Part shown: in pieces, positions 46,091-58,649 of the stretch
How positions within the stretch are numbered: position 1 is the stretch's first letter
Layout: the number at the start of each line of letters is the position of its first letter
Position numbers and translations under genes: made by a program
Source: Hyaloraphidium curvatum SAG 235-1
Taxonomy: Eukaryota > Fungi > Monoblepharomycota
DNA: 64,000 bases
Direction of reading: 5' to 3'
Assembly: GCA_025558095.1 (NCBI GenBank)
Contig: JAIVFI010000033.1
Location: 310,001-374,000, forward strand
Notes under the pieces: model-generated
Database searches by the model: none
What the model was told of the DNA's origin: nothing
The model's input: the letters and a program-made list of their open reading frames with translations, nothing else

Positions 46091-48170
46091 ATGTCGCGGC
46101 CGCCGGTTCCCGGGGAGTCTCCGGGCCGGCCGGCCGGCGACGCCCCGAGACCGGTGCTGAAGCTGAAGCTCACCCTGACGCCCTCGAAGGCGCCCCCGAA
46201 ACCCGTCTCGGACCGTGCGAAGCCGCGGCCCATCGTCCTCCGGCTGCCGATCGCGCCCGCGCCGTCGTCGCCGGTCGCGCCTCGGCAGCGGCCGGCACTG
46301 GAGGAGTACTCCGAGGAGGAAGACGAGGACGCTTCGGACGAGGAGGAATATGAGCGATCGGACAGCGACAGTGAGGGGCGCCAGGCGGGCGCGTTTCCGC
46401 ACCTGGGCGGCTTCGACGGGAGCCCGTCGCGACGGACAGAGGACGGCGACAGCCCGCGCCGGCCGGCAAACGGAACAGCGGGCAAGGGGCTCCCCGTGCT
46501 TCACATGCGCGGGCCCAGGCTGCCGCCGAGGGACTCGGACGCGGAGTCGATATCCTCTTTTGGCACGGGGACCGGAACGAGGCAGGGGTATGGCGGGACG
46601 GAGGACGGGGACTCGATCAGCATGGCCGACAGCATGGATCCTGCTTTGCTTGCTCCCGTTCCGGGCGCGCCACCGGCAAAGAAGCCGAACCGGGTCAGAA
46701 AGTCAAAGTGGTCCACGCGCAAAAGCCGGCCGACGGACCCCTCGCTGAGGAAGCCGAAGGTCTTGCACAAGAGGCCGCTGACGGCGGTCCTCACCAAGAT
46801 CCTTGCGCAGATCAAACGGTGGCGCACACTCGGCTACGTGCCTCGATTTGCTTCTGACCTGCGTTAACAGGCACGATCCCTACGGTTTCTTCTGGTACCC
46901 TGTCGACCCTGCGCAGGTACCGGACTACGCCCGCGTCATTGCCAAACCCATGGATTTGGAGACGATGTCGAAGAAGATCGACTCCAAGGCTTACGCCGAC
47001 ATCTTCGAGTTCCGAAGCGATGTGCAGCTGCTCCTGGACAACTGCCGCACATTCAATCCCCCCAATTCGACGTACCACAAGGCCGCCAGCAAGCTCGAGG
47101 CCTACGCGATCCCGCTCATCGAGCGCGAATCCAACGCCGTCTACACGCTCGCCGAGTCGATCGCGCGGTTTCCGGAGGAGTCCCTACCCGTGGAGCCGCA
47201 GCCCCAGCAGCAGCCGGCCGAGCTTCCGGCGGGCAGAGAGGGGCGCGACCGCGACCGCGATCGCGATCGGGAGCACCAAGTCGCGGCAGAACTCGGGAAG
47301 CCCGTGCGGAAAAAGTACGCACGCCGGCCGAAAGTGCGCCAGTTCGACGCTGGTTTCTTTGGGCTCGACAAGGACGGGAGCCTGGCTGTCAAAGATGATG
47401 AAGCGGGTTGGGCCAAGATCCCGCCTGCGACGCGATGGGAGCATTTCCTGGACGAGAGGCATCGCGTGTGCCCGGAGGACTACGCGGACGTGGAGAACGT
47501 GCCGGGCACGACGCGATCCTGGCTGTTCATGGACGCACCGACGGTCGGCATCAAGCTGCCCGACGGGCCAGCGACGGTGCCCATCTATGGCAGTGCCGCG
47601 AACCAGGCATACATCGAGTCGATGATGGCTTTCGCAGAGGGCGCCGGCCCCGTGGTGGCCGAATACGCCCGTCGCAAGGCTGCCCGGCTCACTGGCGGCG
47701 CGACCGAGGTGCTTCGCGCCGCTGTGGATGCCTCCGCCGCAATGGATGCTGCTTCCAGCACAGAACCCGGTGTCAGGAGGCCCTCCATTGCGCCGGCGAC
47801 GACGCCGATCGAGCGAACGGTGCGGGACGAGCTGCGGAATCTGCGGCTCACGCCGGAGCAGAACGAGCTCGCACGCCTGATCGGCGAGAACGCGACGCCG
47901 GCATTCGTTCGCGATCTCGCCGACGTTTCCATCCCCGAGGAACTTCTGCGCCGCGAACTCGGGGGGCGGTCGCTGGATCAGCTTCTCCTTGACAATGTGG
48001 CCGACATGAACCTCCTGGTGCAGCTGGGCAGACTCGGTCCGCTTGCGGCGCAGGGACTCTCGGCAGGCGAGGCGAAGAAGATGGCGCAGGTTCTTCCGAT
48101 GCTCCAAACCAAGGTTCGGGCGAGGTTGGCGGTCCTTGGCACGGCCGCAGGCATGGGGGCGGGAGTGTAA
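46091..48170 (+). CDS. Single-bromodomain protein, BRD7/BRD9-like
   Basis: DPYGFFWYPVD...VPDYARVIAKPMDL...NCRTFNPPNSTYHKAA; downstream YG...AYIESMMAFAEGAGP...RLTGG. Confidence 0.8.
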
Positions 48171-48205
48171 CGCACGGGCACGGGCCCCGGCAAATGACGA
48201 CTGTG

Positions 48206-49473
48206 TCACGAGAGAATGCGCTGCGCCTCGCGGATCACGTCCGGGAGGATCGACGCCTCCACCGGCAACCTTGAAGACGAGAACTTCGGGTTTGCCCAGC
48301 CCCTGGCGCATTCACGCGCGTGCTCGCCCGAGTCAACGATGCGGAACTCCAGGGGCCCACCCCAAGATGCGAGTTCGTCCCACGAGAAGAGGAGGGCATC
48401 CGTGTAGTAGGCGTAGGGATTGAAGTCCACGACCAACGCACGCGGAGTTCCGCTCCGGCGCGAGACATAGACGTCAAAGGTGTCTGAAATGCGCAAAGAG
48501 GTCAGAGAGATGCAGCACGCAAGGCGAAGACTCCTACAGTTCTCCTCGTCGAATCGGTCCCGCACAGTGCTCGCGAATAGGTTTCCAATCAGCTCCAGCA
48601 GCTCGGGCTTCATAGAAGGGAGGAAAGGGTAGAAATTGAAAGTGTCCCGCTGGGAAATGGCTATGCAGTCGACCGTGAGCCGCCGAGCCGCTCATGGATC
48701 CTGTCGCGCTCACCGATAAGCTCCTTCCGTCGCACGAAACAGCGGAACTCCATGGAGGGCTCGACTTCGATCCACTTGCGCAAAACGAGGTACAGCTCCT
48801 CCGGCGGCCTGCTTTCCTCGTCGTCTGGGTCCGGGGTCGGTGGCGGCTCCTCGCCCCTCGTCGAGATGTATGGGTTGCCCAGGTCGTGTGCGACAAAGTC
48901 GGAGGACTTGAGGAGCAAAAACACATCCGCGGGCGTACTGCACTTCAGACTGTTGTTTAAAGCCACCCAAGAAGCGTCCCTGGGCGCCGTCCAGCTCAGC
49001 TTGGGGAACACGGTGCCGCCGAGCTCGGCGATCGCCGCGGAGATCTGCTCCTCGAGCTCGGGGAAGCTGGGAATGTTCTGCAGCCACGCGTCGCCATCGT
49101 TGGCTTCGGAGCACGTTTCTTCGGACGTGTCTGAGCCGGCGTCGGACGTTGCCAGGGCCGGCTGCGGGTCGCCGTTGCTGTCCAGCGGGAGGAAGACTCC
49201 GTCGGCGTGCAGGTAGTCCACAAACGCGGGCGGCAGGGGCCCGATCACCCGCGACGCAAATGTCACGCCACGGAAGCGCGGGAACCACGAATGGAACGCG
49301 CAGCGGTCCACGTGGGCTCGGGTCAGGCGGGGGAGCGGCGGCGTGTGCGGAGGGGCGGGAACGGGGTCCGTTTCCATGTCTCCTGGAGGGCCATGGTCCA
49401 CCAGAGGCCCGCCGTGCGCCTCATCGACGGCATCGGGTGCGCTCTCCGGCACGTACGGCGCCGCATTGGTCAT
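48206..49473 (-). CDS. CDC123: Cdc123/D123 ATP-grasp eIF2 assembly factor
   Basis: CAFHSWFPRFR, FVDYLHADG, VFPKLSWTAPRDASW, LLLKSSDFVAHDL, LVLRKW, EFRCFVR, VVDFNP, LLFSWDEL. Confidence 0.95.
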
Positions 49474-49560
49474 CGCGGGGGCGTTTCGCCGACTTGCAGC
49501 GCTGTTTATGGTAGCGTCGGTGCGGGGTGGGGGGATCACAGTCCCGATCGTCACTTCGCG

Positions 49561-50062
49561 ATGCAGGCCGCGTCGAGGCCGTCGACGCGCGGCGGGCCCC
49601 CGTCGCCGCCGACTCCCGACACGGGCAACCTCGCCCTGCCGCAGCCCTCGCTCTACAACTCATCGTCGGGGCGCTCGTCGCCGATCTTCCTGAACGACCC
49701 CAGCGGCGGCGGCGGAAGCATCGGTCCCGGCGGTGGGCATCAGCGCGGGGCTTTTTCGCGTGGATCTCATTGGATCTGCAGCCAAGGACTTTGCTCCGCA
49801 GGCGGAGGCGCTGAAGGTCGAGAAGGACGTGGTCTTGAGCACGAAGCAAGGTGGGAGGCTTCGCCGGCCCAATGGGTCCTCCAAGTAACATTTGTGTTCC
49901 TACTCCTTTCTTTAGAGATGCAGAACAGCGTCGCCGAGAGCTTGAAGAACCATGTGAGCCGCACGCGTCGCTATTGCATCCCGAACTCGCCAACACGCAC
50001 GTCTGGCGCAGGTCCGGAGCCTGGACGACGACGCGTGGCAGTATGAGCCTGTAGAGCTCTAG
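49561..50062 (+). CDS. Small 4-exon protein, APC16 (ANAPC16)-like
   Basis: Three GT-AG introns give ...AKDFAPQAEALKVEKDVVLSTKQEMQNSVAESLKNHVRSLDDDAWQYEPVEL*. Confidence 0.55.
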
Positions 50063-50186
50063 GTTGCCATTGCTCGTGGACTTCCTCCTCACCGATACCC
50101 CTGGACACCCCACCATTGGCTCTGCTGTCGCTTTTCTCTTTTCATCATTACATCCGGGTATCAACTCCTCGCAATAGCAGCTCCAA

Positions 50187-50680
50187 TCATGCCTCTCCTT
50201 CTTCCTCCGTCCCCGTTAGTGCTCTCGAGATCCAGAGAACGTTGTTGCAGCTGCAGCTTCGGATGAGCTCACCACCGCTGCGCAGCTCCGCCCACGGGCA
50301 CGCACCGGATCAGAACCTCCCCAAGAGTGCCCGTCGAACTCCCATCGACAAACTCCTCGGTGTCCGCGAGCTGTCCCGGAGGTATGTTAGGCCATTGCCG
50401 TCGCCCGAGCGAGACGCGAACCGGACCTGCAGGTTCATGTACCCGTCCACCGCGATCAACCGGCCCCGGTACTCCATGCCCCACTTGAGCTTAACGATGA
50501 CGGGCTTCCCCGTGATGTCGTTGAGGAACGGTTTGGGGTTCACGGGGACGAACTGCGGGAGCCGGGAGCGAAGCGTCCATTCGGGAGAGGCGACCCGGAG
50601 GCACGCAGGGAACGGGAGGCGAGACCGTGAATAAGACACGGAAGTAGCTCGGCATACGATGGCCCTGAACGAACCGCCAT
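50187..50680 (-). CDS. SNRPF: snRNP core protein SmF
   Basis: [56 protein letters not shown]. Confidence 0.95.
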
Positions 50681-50760
50681 CGCTCCGAGAAACGTGAACA
50701 GTGAAGCTCTCCTCAGGAGAAGGGACTGGGCGAAACGGCAGGAAACTCGACACATCGACG

Positions 50761-51964
50761 ATGGCGGACGCAGCGGCTCCTGCCGAGGTAGGGCCTGCAT
50801 CGCGACGTCCGCCCGACTGCTCTGACATGCGGCCGGCGCAGGAGTTCGACTTCGGCAAGAAAAAGTCGAAGAAGTCCAAGAAACCGGTGGACGAGCTCGC
50901 GGAGCAGACCGCGGCCGTCAAGCTCGACGACGGCGAGGCGGCGCCGGCGGACGATCTGGACTTTGGCAAGAAGAAGAAGAAGAAGAGCAGCAAGGGCGCC
51001 GCGGATGCCGGGGAGGGCGAGCAGGCCGAGGAGGCGCCGGCAGAGGACGATGCGGGGCTAGGCGAGCTGAAGAAGGTGCGAATGGAATGCGCTCGCCGCC
51101 TGCCACGGCTGATCTCCGCCATATTCGAGCAGAAGAAGAAGAAAAAGGCCGCGCCGGAGCCGGAGGAGGCGCCCGAGGAGGAGCCGCAGCAGGAGGCTGA
51201 GGCCGTCGCCGAGGGCGAGGACGAGCTGGACGAAGCGGCACTGGAGGACGAGGAAACGCGCATGCTGGAGGGCGACGACGATGAGGACGACATGGAGGGC
51301 GAAGACGATGATCAGGCGGACGAGGAGGCGCGCAAAGTACTTGAAGAGGCCGAGCAGGAGGCGTGGCTCGGTTCGGATCGCGACTACACATACCCGGAGG
51401 TGGGCCGTCATATTGCCTACGCCGCATCGTCCGGATCTGACCGCTCATTGCAGCTTCTCTCTCGGGTCTTCCGGATACTGCGCGAGAACAATCCCGAGCT
51501 GATGGGCGAGAAGCGCAAGTACACCATCCCGCCGCCCAACGTCCAGCGCGAAGGGTCCAAGAAGACGCTCTTTGCCAACATCGTCGAGATCTGCCAGCGC
51601 ATGAAGCGGAGCCCCGAGCACGTGATCCAGTACATGTTCGCCGAGCTCGGCACCACCGGCTCGGTCGCGGGCGCTGGCCAGCTCATCATCAAGGGCCGTT
51701 TCCAGCAGAAAGGTATCGAGAACGTCCTGAAGCGCTACATCGGTTGGTTCTGTGCGATCGCTTCCTTTGCGCTGTCCTTACTGCCAATCAGGCGAGTACG
51801 TGACCTGCAAGGTGTGCCGCTCGCCCAACACGCGGCTCACGAGGGGCGAGAACCGTCTCTACTTCCTGGAGTGCGACAACTGCCATTCCAAGCGGTCCGT
51901 GAGCGCCGTCAAGACCGGTTTCCAGGCACAGGTCGGACGTCGGTCGAAGATGCGGACGGGATAG
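50761..51964 (+). CDS. SUI3: Translation initiation factor eIF2 beta
   Basis: Three poly-Lys boxes; [23 protein letters not shown]; C2-C2 zinc finger CKVC...CDNC. Confidence 0.97.
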
Positions 51965-52161
51965 ATTCGGATCCTGCTGCTGTACCTGTTTGGCATTGGG
52001 GAAAGATACCAGCTTTGCCGATGATCGTGGAGTGCAAGCCAGAGCGTCTGATTGATGACGAGGAGGACAGGAGGAGGAGGACACGCTGACGACTACTGGG
52101 GGCCGCGCACACACTGGGCAGCAAATGGCCAGAGCCCGGTGACACCGAGCCATTCGCCCGC

Positions 52162-55133
52162 ATGGCTGTCGCCATTACGCTGCCGGACGGCCCGGTGCTC
52201 GTCCGGCTGGACGAGGAGCCGTTCGCGCTGTTTTCACGCGTCTGGGACCCTCGGAACCGACGCGTCGGAGTGCTCCGCGACGAGGACCTGACCGGGCAGA
52301 CCGTCGAGGAGCGTGAGAATGCAGTTGCGGAGATACTGGCCGCGAGCTGCGACGTGTGCGCGGACCGGATTGGGGCGCTGAGGGACAGCGACGCGAGCAT
52401 GGACGGGGACGAGGAGCTGGAGAACTGGGAGCTCGAGCTGAACACCTGGAGGCTCTGCGAGTACCTTCTCCCGTGGGTTTTCTTTCTTCCGAGGTTCCTG
52501 TCAACCTAAGCGGGCGTTGCGCGGGCTCCAGTCAAAGACTGCTGGGGAACCCGCCGCAGGCAGAACCCAGCAACATCTACGCGTCGGATTCCAAGCTCGT
52601 GGCGGACTACATCGGGTCGAACACCGATCTCTCTGAAGCTGTTCTCGTTCGGCGATGGCTCGAGGATACCGCGCCCGACTTCGACGCTGTTGAAGTCCGC
52701 AAGGGCTACCAGCCTCACACCTTCAAAGCCCTGAAGGATCGGCAGCGTCTCAATCTTCCGGACGACAAACTGGTCCAGGAGCTCGATCCTGACGCCCCGT
52801 TGAGGACGCAGCGGGCACTCGACATTGGGGACAAGGTCCGTCGACGGCCATTCGGTACCCGCAGCCACCTTACCCGCCATACCTCGCAGGAGTATGAGGA
52901 TCAGCTTTGCAGAACTCTCTACTCCTATATTCGTCGCGGGAAAGCCGACGACGCGGTGCACCTTTGCGAGGAAAGCAGCCAGCCTTGGAGGGCGGCCAGC
53001 ATCGCTGGCGGAATGCTGCACGTCGACGAGGTTATGGGTAGGTTCCGACTCTTTCTTGGCGCCAAGTGTGGGCTCATTGATAGACCTGTCGTGGCCACAG
53101 ATGATGACGTTGATCCGGATGACACCTTGGACGGCTTCGGCAACATGAACCGCGATCTCTGGAAGGCTTGCGCGTATCGTATCGCCTGTGAGGAGCAGTT
53201 CACGCTTTATGAGCGTGCTTTGTACGCGGCTCTGTGCGGGGATTTGCGGAACGCCTTGCCGGCTTGCCAGAACTGGGAGGATTATCTTTGGACCTTTTAC
53301 GTGGTGCTGCTTGAATCGCGCACCGCGGAGCACCTTTCCACGATCCCGCACGTGGATGGCCCGGAGAACCAGGAAACAGGCTTTGCCGAGGCCGGGTTGG
53401 AGGGCCCTCCTTTGGTGAGGTTGGGCGCCGACGACATTTTCCGGCACATCGAGGCAATGCACTACGACTTTGTTCGCCGGGCTGTGCGGAACCCTTTCCA
53501 CCGGATCCAGAAGATGATCATCCTGGATCGGGTACATGAGCTGGTGAAGGATGTGCGGAAGGAGCTTGAAGATGATGCAAACGCTGCCGACGCATCGAGA
53601 GCGACGTGGGGCTGCTTTCCGGTTTGTGGGCTTGTCTGCTGACCCTGCGCCCGACATAGGCTCTTCAAACACCCGCACTGCCTTCGCGCCCTCACACACG
53701 TCATCATCCTCTACCGAACAGCGGGGCTCGGTGGTATCTCGCCGGACGATGCCAACTTCATCATCAAGACCTACGTTGACATGTTCATGTCGATTAACGC
53801 CCAGGTCGGTCATTGACTACCGCGGACCACGCTTGATTTGACCGCGTTGTGTTCAGCCTCCTGCGGTCCTGGCACCGTACATCGCCGAGCTGCCCGGACT
53901 GAATCAAATCCTCTGCTTCGCTACTTTGCTTCACCGTGAGTGTGGCTTCCTTGCCTTCGAAGATCGGCTCCTCCTGATGGCGAGAGACAGGTTTGAAAAC
54001 GACTCAGCACCAGAAAGCGGAGCTGCTGCGGCTCGCCAGCGAGTACAACATGGACAGATTCGCTATCGCGGCCAAAACGGTGGAGCTTATCGTCGACGGG
54101 GACGGCGCTGGCTCCATGGACCCCGAGGAGCCGATGGACAAGGAGTCGCGCCAGATCGACAGCATCGGCTGGCTCACGGTGGATAAGGAACTGTACCCGC
54201 AGGCCGCATTGCGTAGCCATCAGCTGGCTCGGAGGTTCCTCAGTGGGTAGCTTCCAGGTGCTTTGCTGCACGGGTCGCTCATGTTGCTCGTCAGGCGATC
54301 ACCGACTCGCAGCGACCAAGGTTCTGCTGGAGTCGCTGCCAGAAAACCTGGTTTCGCAGCAGATTCTGAGCGACATTTCAAACAGCACCAACTTCCGTGC
54401 GGAGCTGCAGGGGCTCGGCAGTTTCGAGCAGCGCCTGGAGATTGATCTTGCCCTGGAGAGGCTGTTCCTGCGACAGCTGGTAGCAGCTCTCGAGGACTAT
54501 GCCAGCTGGACCCGGGCAATGCTCCGCAAACCGCTTCCGCTAGACGGCGAGGTCCGCGAGACCCGCGGTCGCCGAAACGATGCCTCGGCCAGGAAACGCG
54601 ACTATCTTGCTTGGGAGAAGGAGGTCAGGGATCTGAGTGTCCAGGTGACAAAGCAGCTTGAGGAGCTCCTCAGCATTGGCTTTTTCACGGATCGGGATTG
54701 GTCCTCTGGTCTGGCTGAGCTTGAACGTGGGTTGGGCTGCCCGTGCCCGTCCCGCATGAGCTTACGGCCGTTTCAGTCTTCGAGGGCATCCTCAACGAGC
54801 GAGCAGCATTGCGCGACATCTACGTCCCCGAAATCGTCTTTTGCCTGCACAATGTCTACTTCGAAACACGCGATCTCGAAGCCGGGTGGGTGGCAGCAGT
54901 GTGGATGACTAGCGGGACAGCTGACTCGCGCTCCATTGTGCAGAAACCTCGTCAAGTCTATCGAGCTGGCCACCAAGGTCGGCGATCACACCAAGGGCAT
55001 CTTCGAGACGCTTGTGCGCACCGACAAGGCGGCCAGCTTCCTCCAACTCGCACGCAAGTCGTGTCTGGAATACCTCGCAAGGAGCGGCTCACCATTCCCC
55101 GATACCCGGCCTCCCCTGCTTTCGAATGTATGA
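52162..55133 (+). CDS. NUP84: Nucleoporin Nup84/Nup107
   Basis: WELELNTWRL, VRRWLE, ELDPDAPLR, QPWRAASIAGG, GNMNRDLWK, YERALYAALCG, WEDYLW, LRDIYVPE. Start uncertain. Confidence 0.9.
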
Positions 55134-55204
55134 TGTGATGTTCGAAGATTCGATTTGGGGCCTGCTCCCGATCACGTACGTCCGCAGACTGTAGAGTGCT
55201 CAAT

Positions 55205-55985
55205 ATGAAGCTCAAGCAGCTCGAGTCGAACCTCAGCTCCGTGAAACCGTTCCAGGAGCCGAATGTGTGGCTCGAACAGTACCCGACGCCCGCAGGAATC
55301 GCGGCGAGGGTGCTCTACACTGCCGACACCGTCTACGGCGACATCGATGGGCTGATGGTCGCGGACCTTGGCTGCGGATGCGGCATGCTATCTTTGGGAG
55401 CAGCGCAGCTCGGAGCTTCGGTGACAGGCGTGGATATCGACGATCGCGTCTTTGAAACGGTGGGACTTGGAGGCGGAGGCACTGGACCTGGGCTCACCCA
55501 TGCGGAAGCTGCTGGAGAACTGCGAGGAGGTCGAGCTGGACTCGGACGAGCTGGAGCTCATCAAGGCTGATGTGGAGAAGATCAGCTTGAGGGGACAGTT
55601 TGACACCGTGATAATGAACCCCCCCTTCGGGACGCGGAGCAAGGGCGCAGACGTTGCCTTTCTGCAGAAGGCGCTCGAAATCGCGCCGACAGTCTACTCC
55701 CTCCACAAGACGTCGACGAGGGAGGTCAGTCGCCTGGGCAGCGAAGCTCCTCTGGTTCGTGCCTCAACGCTCTGGCCCCAGTTCCTGTTCAGCAAAGCCA
55801 AGGCGTGGAACGTCGAAGCGGAGGTCGTGGCGAACCTCGTCTACGACGTCAAAGCGTCGTATTCGTTCCACAAGAAGGCAAGCCAGGCGAGTGTGTCCGT
55901 TGAATGGCTTGTCGCCGACTAATGTGCCATGATCCAGAACATTGAAGTCGACTTCTGGAGATTCACGCGCGATGAAGGGACGTGA
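55205..55985 (+). CDS. METTL5: METTL5 18S rRNA N6-adenosine methyltransferase
   Basis: MKLKQLE, LEQYPT, DLGCGCG, DTVIMNPPFGT, VYSLHKTSTR, FHKK..NIEVDFWRF. Last intron is GC-AG. Confidence 0.93.
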
Positions 55986-56239
55986 AGGAGGGCACGCGAG
56001 GATTGAGATAGTCTGCACGTCAAAGGACAGGGACGACAGCAGCCCTGCACGGGCTCAAGGCCGTTCTGGCGGCCGTTGGCCTGCCTTTCCGCATTCGCCC
56101 CCCCCCCCCTGCGTTGGCGGGGTCGAAGCTCGAGCTTCCGGCGAGGAGCAATCGCGTCTTCCGGCGAGATCTGAACTAGCGGACACGGATGTGGCATTTC
56201 AGCACTCCGAGGCACCTCAATCTATTGTCGGCGGGTCGA

Positions 56240-58423
56240 TCACAGAGTGCGGTTGATGTTGCGAATAAACCAGTCCGCCATCCTGCGGCCGACCTTTTGC
56301 TCCGCGACGTGGATCATGTCCTTGCGGAGGAAGAAGTCCAGGTCCTGGATCGTGGGGGCGTACTCGCCATCCAGAACCGAACCGCTCTCCCACCGCCGTT
56401 GCCGGGTCTTGTGCTTGTACAGCAACAGCTGATTCCTAATGTCCGTGCGGATTCAGTGCTGTTCTCCCATCGCAATCGCAACATGAACTCACCGGCACCC
56501 ATCCACGTCCGTGTCTTCCAGGAACTCCGAGAGCTTGTTCACGTCAAGCGTCGTGTAGAGCTTCAGATACGACCTGATGGTGGGCACGAACATCTGGGAG
56601 CGGACCTCCTGCAGGAACATCTTCAGCTGATGTCTTGCGGGTTCCTGTAGCAGGCCATCAGCTCCGGCCAGCAGAGCAAGAGCAGCAGAAAGCCAACCTG
56701 CTGGACGTTGACGGAAACCTCGTAGTTGGGAGGGACGGGGGAGATGAACTTGGGGCATGCGTACATGAAGAGCTCCTCGAAGGTTTGGATGCTCTCGTCC
56801 CTGCCAAGCAGTCGTCAGCGCGAAGCCACGCCGACAGAACATGCCAGTGCTCACCCGGAGCTGCGCTGCATCTTGGCGAGGTGATCCGAGTGCTTGTCCC
56901 TCAGCGTCGACTGGATGCTCTCGTCGAGCTTCGTCGGGCACAGCGCCACGCACATGGCGAGTAGGGCGTACATCTGGTCGCTCTTTTTGTTGATCTGACG
57001 CGGATGACGGTGAGGTCCCTGAATGCGACGCGCCCGCGGTTCATCTCACCACTTCGAACTGGTAGGACCTGGTGTGGTACTGCTTCGTGCGCGAGACAAA
57101 GAGTAGGATGTGGGAGAACGCCTTGATGGCGTCAGGGTATCGCCTCATCATGACTGGGCCTCATGTCAGATGGTTCCGCGTCAAGAGCAACAGCGGGTGC
57201 TCACGGTAGGAAAATCCAACGTAGTAGTAGGTCGTCACGTGGCACGCCGTCACCCGCGAAAACAGCCCCTTCTTGTTCAGCTCCACGTTCTCCATGGTCT
57301 TGAGCGCCAGCGTGTAGTCTCCAAGTAGGCAGTGTACCCGCAGCAGGCCGATGATGCTGAAGTAGCCGAGCATCTTGTACAGCGTGCGGATGCCAAACTC
57401 GTCGGCAACCTCGCTGGGGGACCAGTGTGGTGAGCAACCGAAACTAGACGACCGCCACACGGGACGCACTTCATGTCGCCACCAGTCCGGGCAATCACGA
57501 GCTGCTCGTTGATCTTGGCCTTCTGGACCAGCGAGTACAGGACGTTGAGCACGTTGTGCACGTTCCAGACCTGCGAGCGGGGCGTTGAGACACAAGTCGG
57601 GGGCGTTACCGCAAAGCATCCCCAACGTACGTCGGGTCTCTCCTTCAGAAGGGTCAACTCCGCGTCGTTCTTGGCCTTGACCTTGCTGCGGTACTGGCAG
57701 AAAGCCTGGAACTGGTAGATGAATTCGTCGATAATGTCCCAGAGCCACTCGTTCGGCAGCTCGAGCTCGACGGGCTCGTCCGAGTCTGGCAGCGGACCCG
57801 ACGGTCAGCCCCGGGAGCAGCGCGTCAACAAATGAGAGCAACGCACTGAGGATGTAGTTGAAAAGGTCGCAGTAGTTGTAGTAGGACGCGAAGCGCTCGT
57901 CGATGCTCTGATTGGGGCGCCGAGACACGTCAGAACGCGTTGCTCTGAGCTCCCCTCCTTTCCGACTACGCACCGGCTGCATCTTGGCGTAGATGTGGCG
58001 GTAGTAGAGCTCGCGGTACAGGATGATGAAGACCACATCTGCTCTGGAGTCAGGCGGGGGGTCCCGACGCGGAGCGCCGAGGCACGCACCATCGCCGACA
58101 ACGGCCGCGACGGCCTCCGGTTCCGGCCACGGCGACTTCGGGTAGAACTTCTCCGTCAGCTTGTTGAACGAGTTGGCGTAGAAGTAGTGCAGGTCGTAGA
58201 CGTTTCGCTCTGCGATGTGCCGCGCGAACTGCAGCAGGAAGTTGCGCACGGGGTCCGGGATCGAGACCTCGAGCACGGGCTCGTTGCCCGGCACGTAGTC
58301 GCCCAGATCGTCCTCGTCGCCATCGTCGCGGAAGGCTGGGATCTCGAGGCCCCCGGCGGCCTCTGCCAGCTGCTCCTCGAAGTACTCCTCCGCGGCGACG
58401 TCGGCGTCGGCCAGCGCGGCCAT
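56240..58423 (-). CDS. EIF3L: Translation initiation factor eIF3 subunit L
   Basis: [69 protein letters not shown]; about 11 introns. Confidence 0.96.
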
Positions 58424-58649
58424 TGCGGCGGCTGGCGGGGCCGAACGGGGCGCGGCGCGGCGGATCGCGGCTCGCAGACGGTCCTGCGGCGCGCTGAAGG
58501 GCTACGAGCGGAGGCGGGAACCCGAAGCCTCTTTGTTTTTCGGCAAGGGAACGCGCGCTGCACTCTCTTTGTCGTCCACTCCCGCGCGAGCCAAGAGCCG
58601 CGTCGGGCGTTTCCTCGCCGTCTGCAGCCGTCCTCGCGGCGCCGCAGCC

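Noticed and set aside
44677-46485. 602-aa minus-strand ORF
   Set aside because: It strings together antisense BRD sequence, parts of MED4 exons and introns, and antisense AlkD; the spliced MED4 model explains the real coding part.
4981-49600. ACGCGT/GACGCG (MCB-like) words in several divergent promoters
   Set aside because: These words are frequent throughout this CpG-rich sequence, including coding regions; enrichment cannot be shown by eye.
51964-52164. In-frame TGA (52087-52089) between the extended eIF2beta ORF and the NUP107 start: possible readthrough, selenocysteine or fusion
   Set aside because: eIF2beta properly ends at 51964 after splicing, the extension is intron/UTR read-through, and I saw no selenoprotein motif or SECIS.
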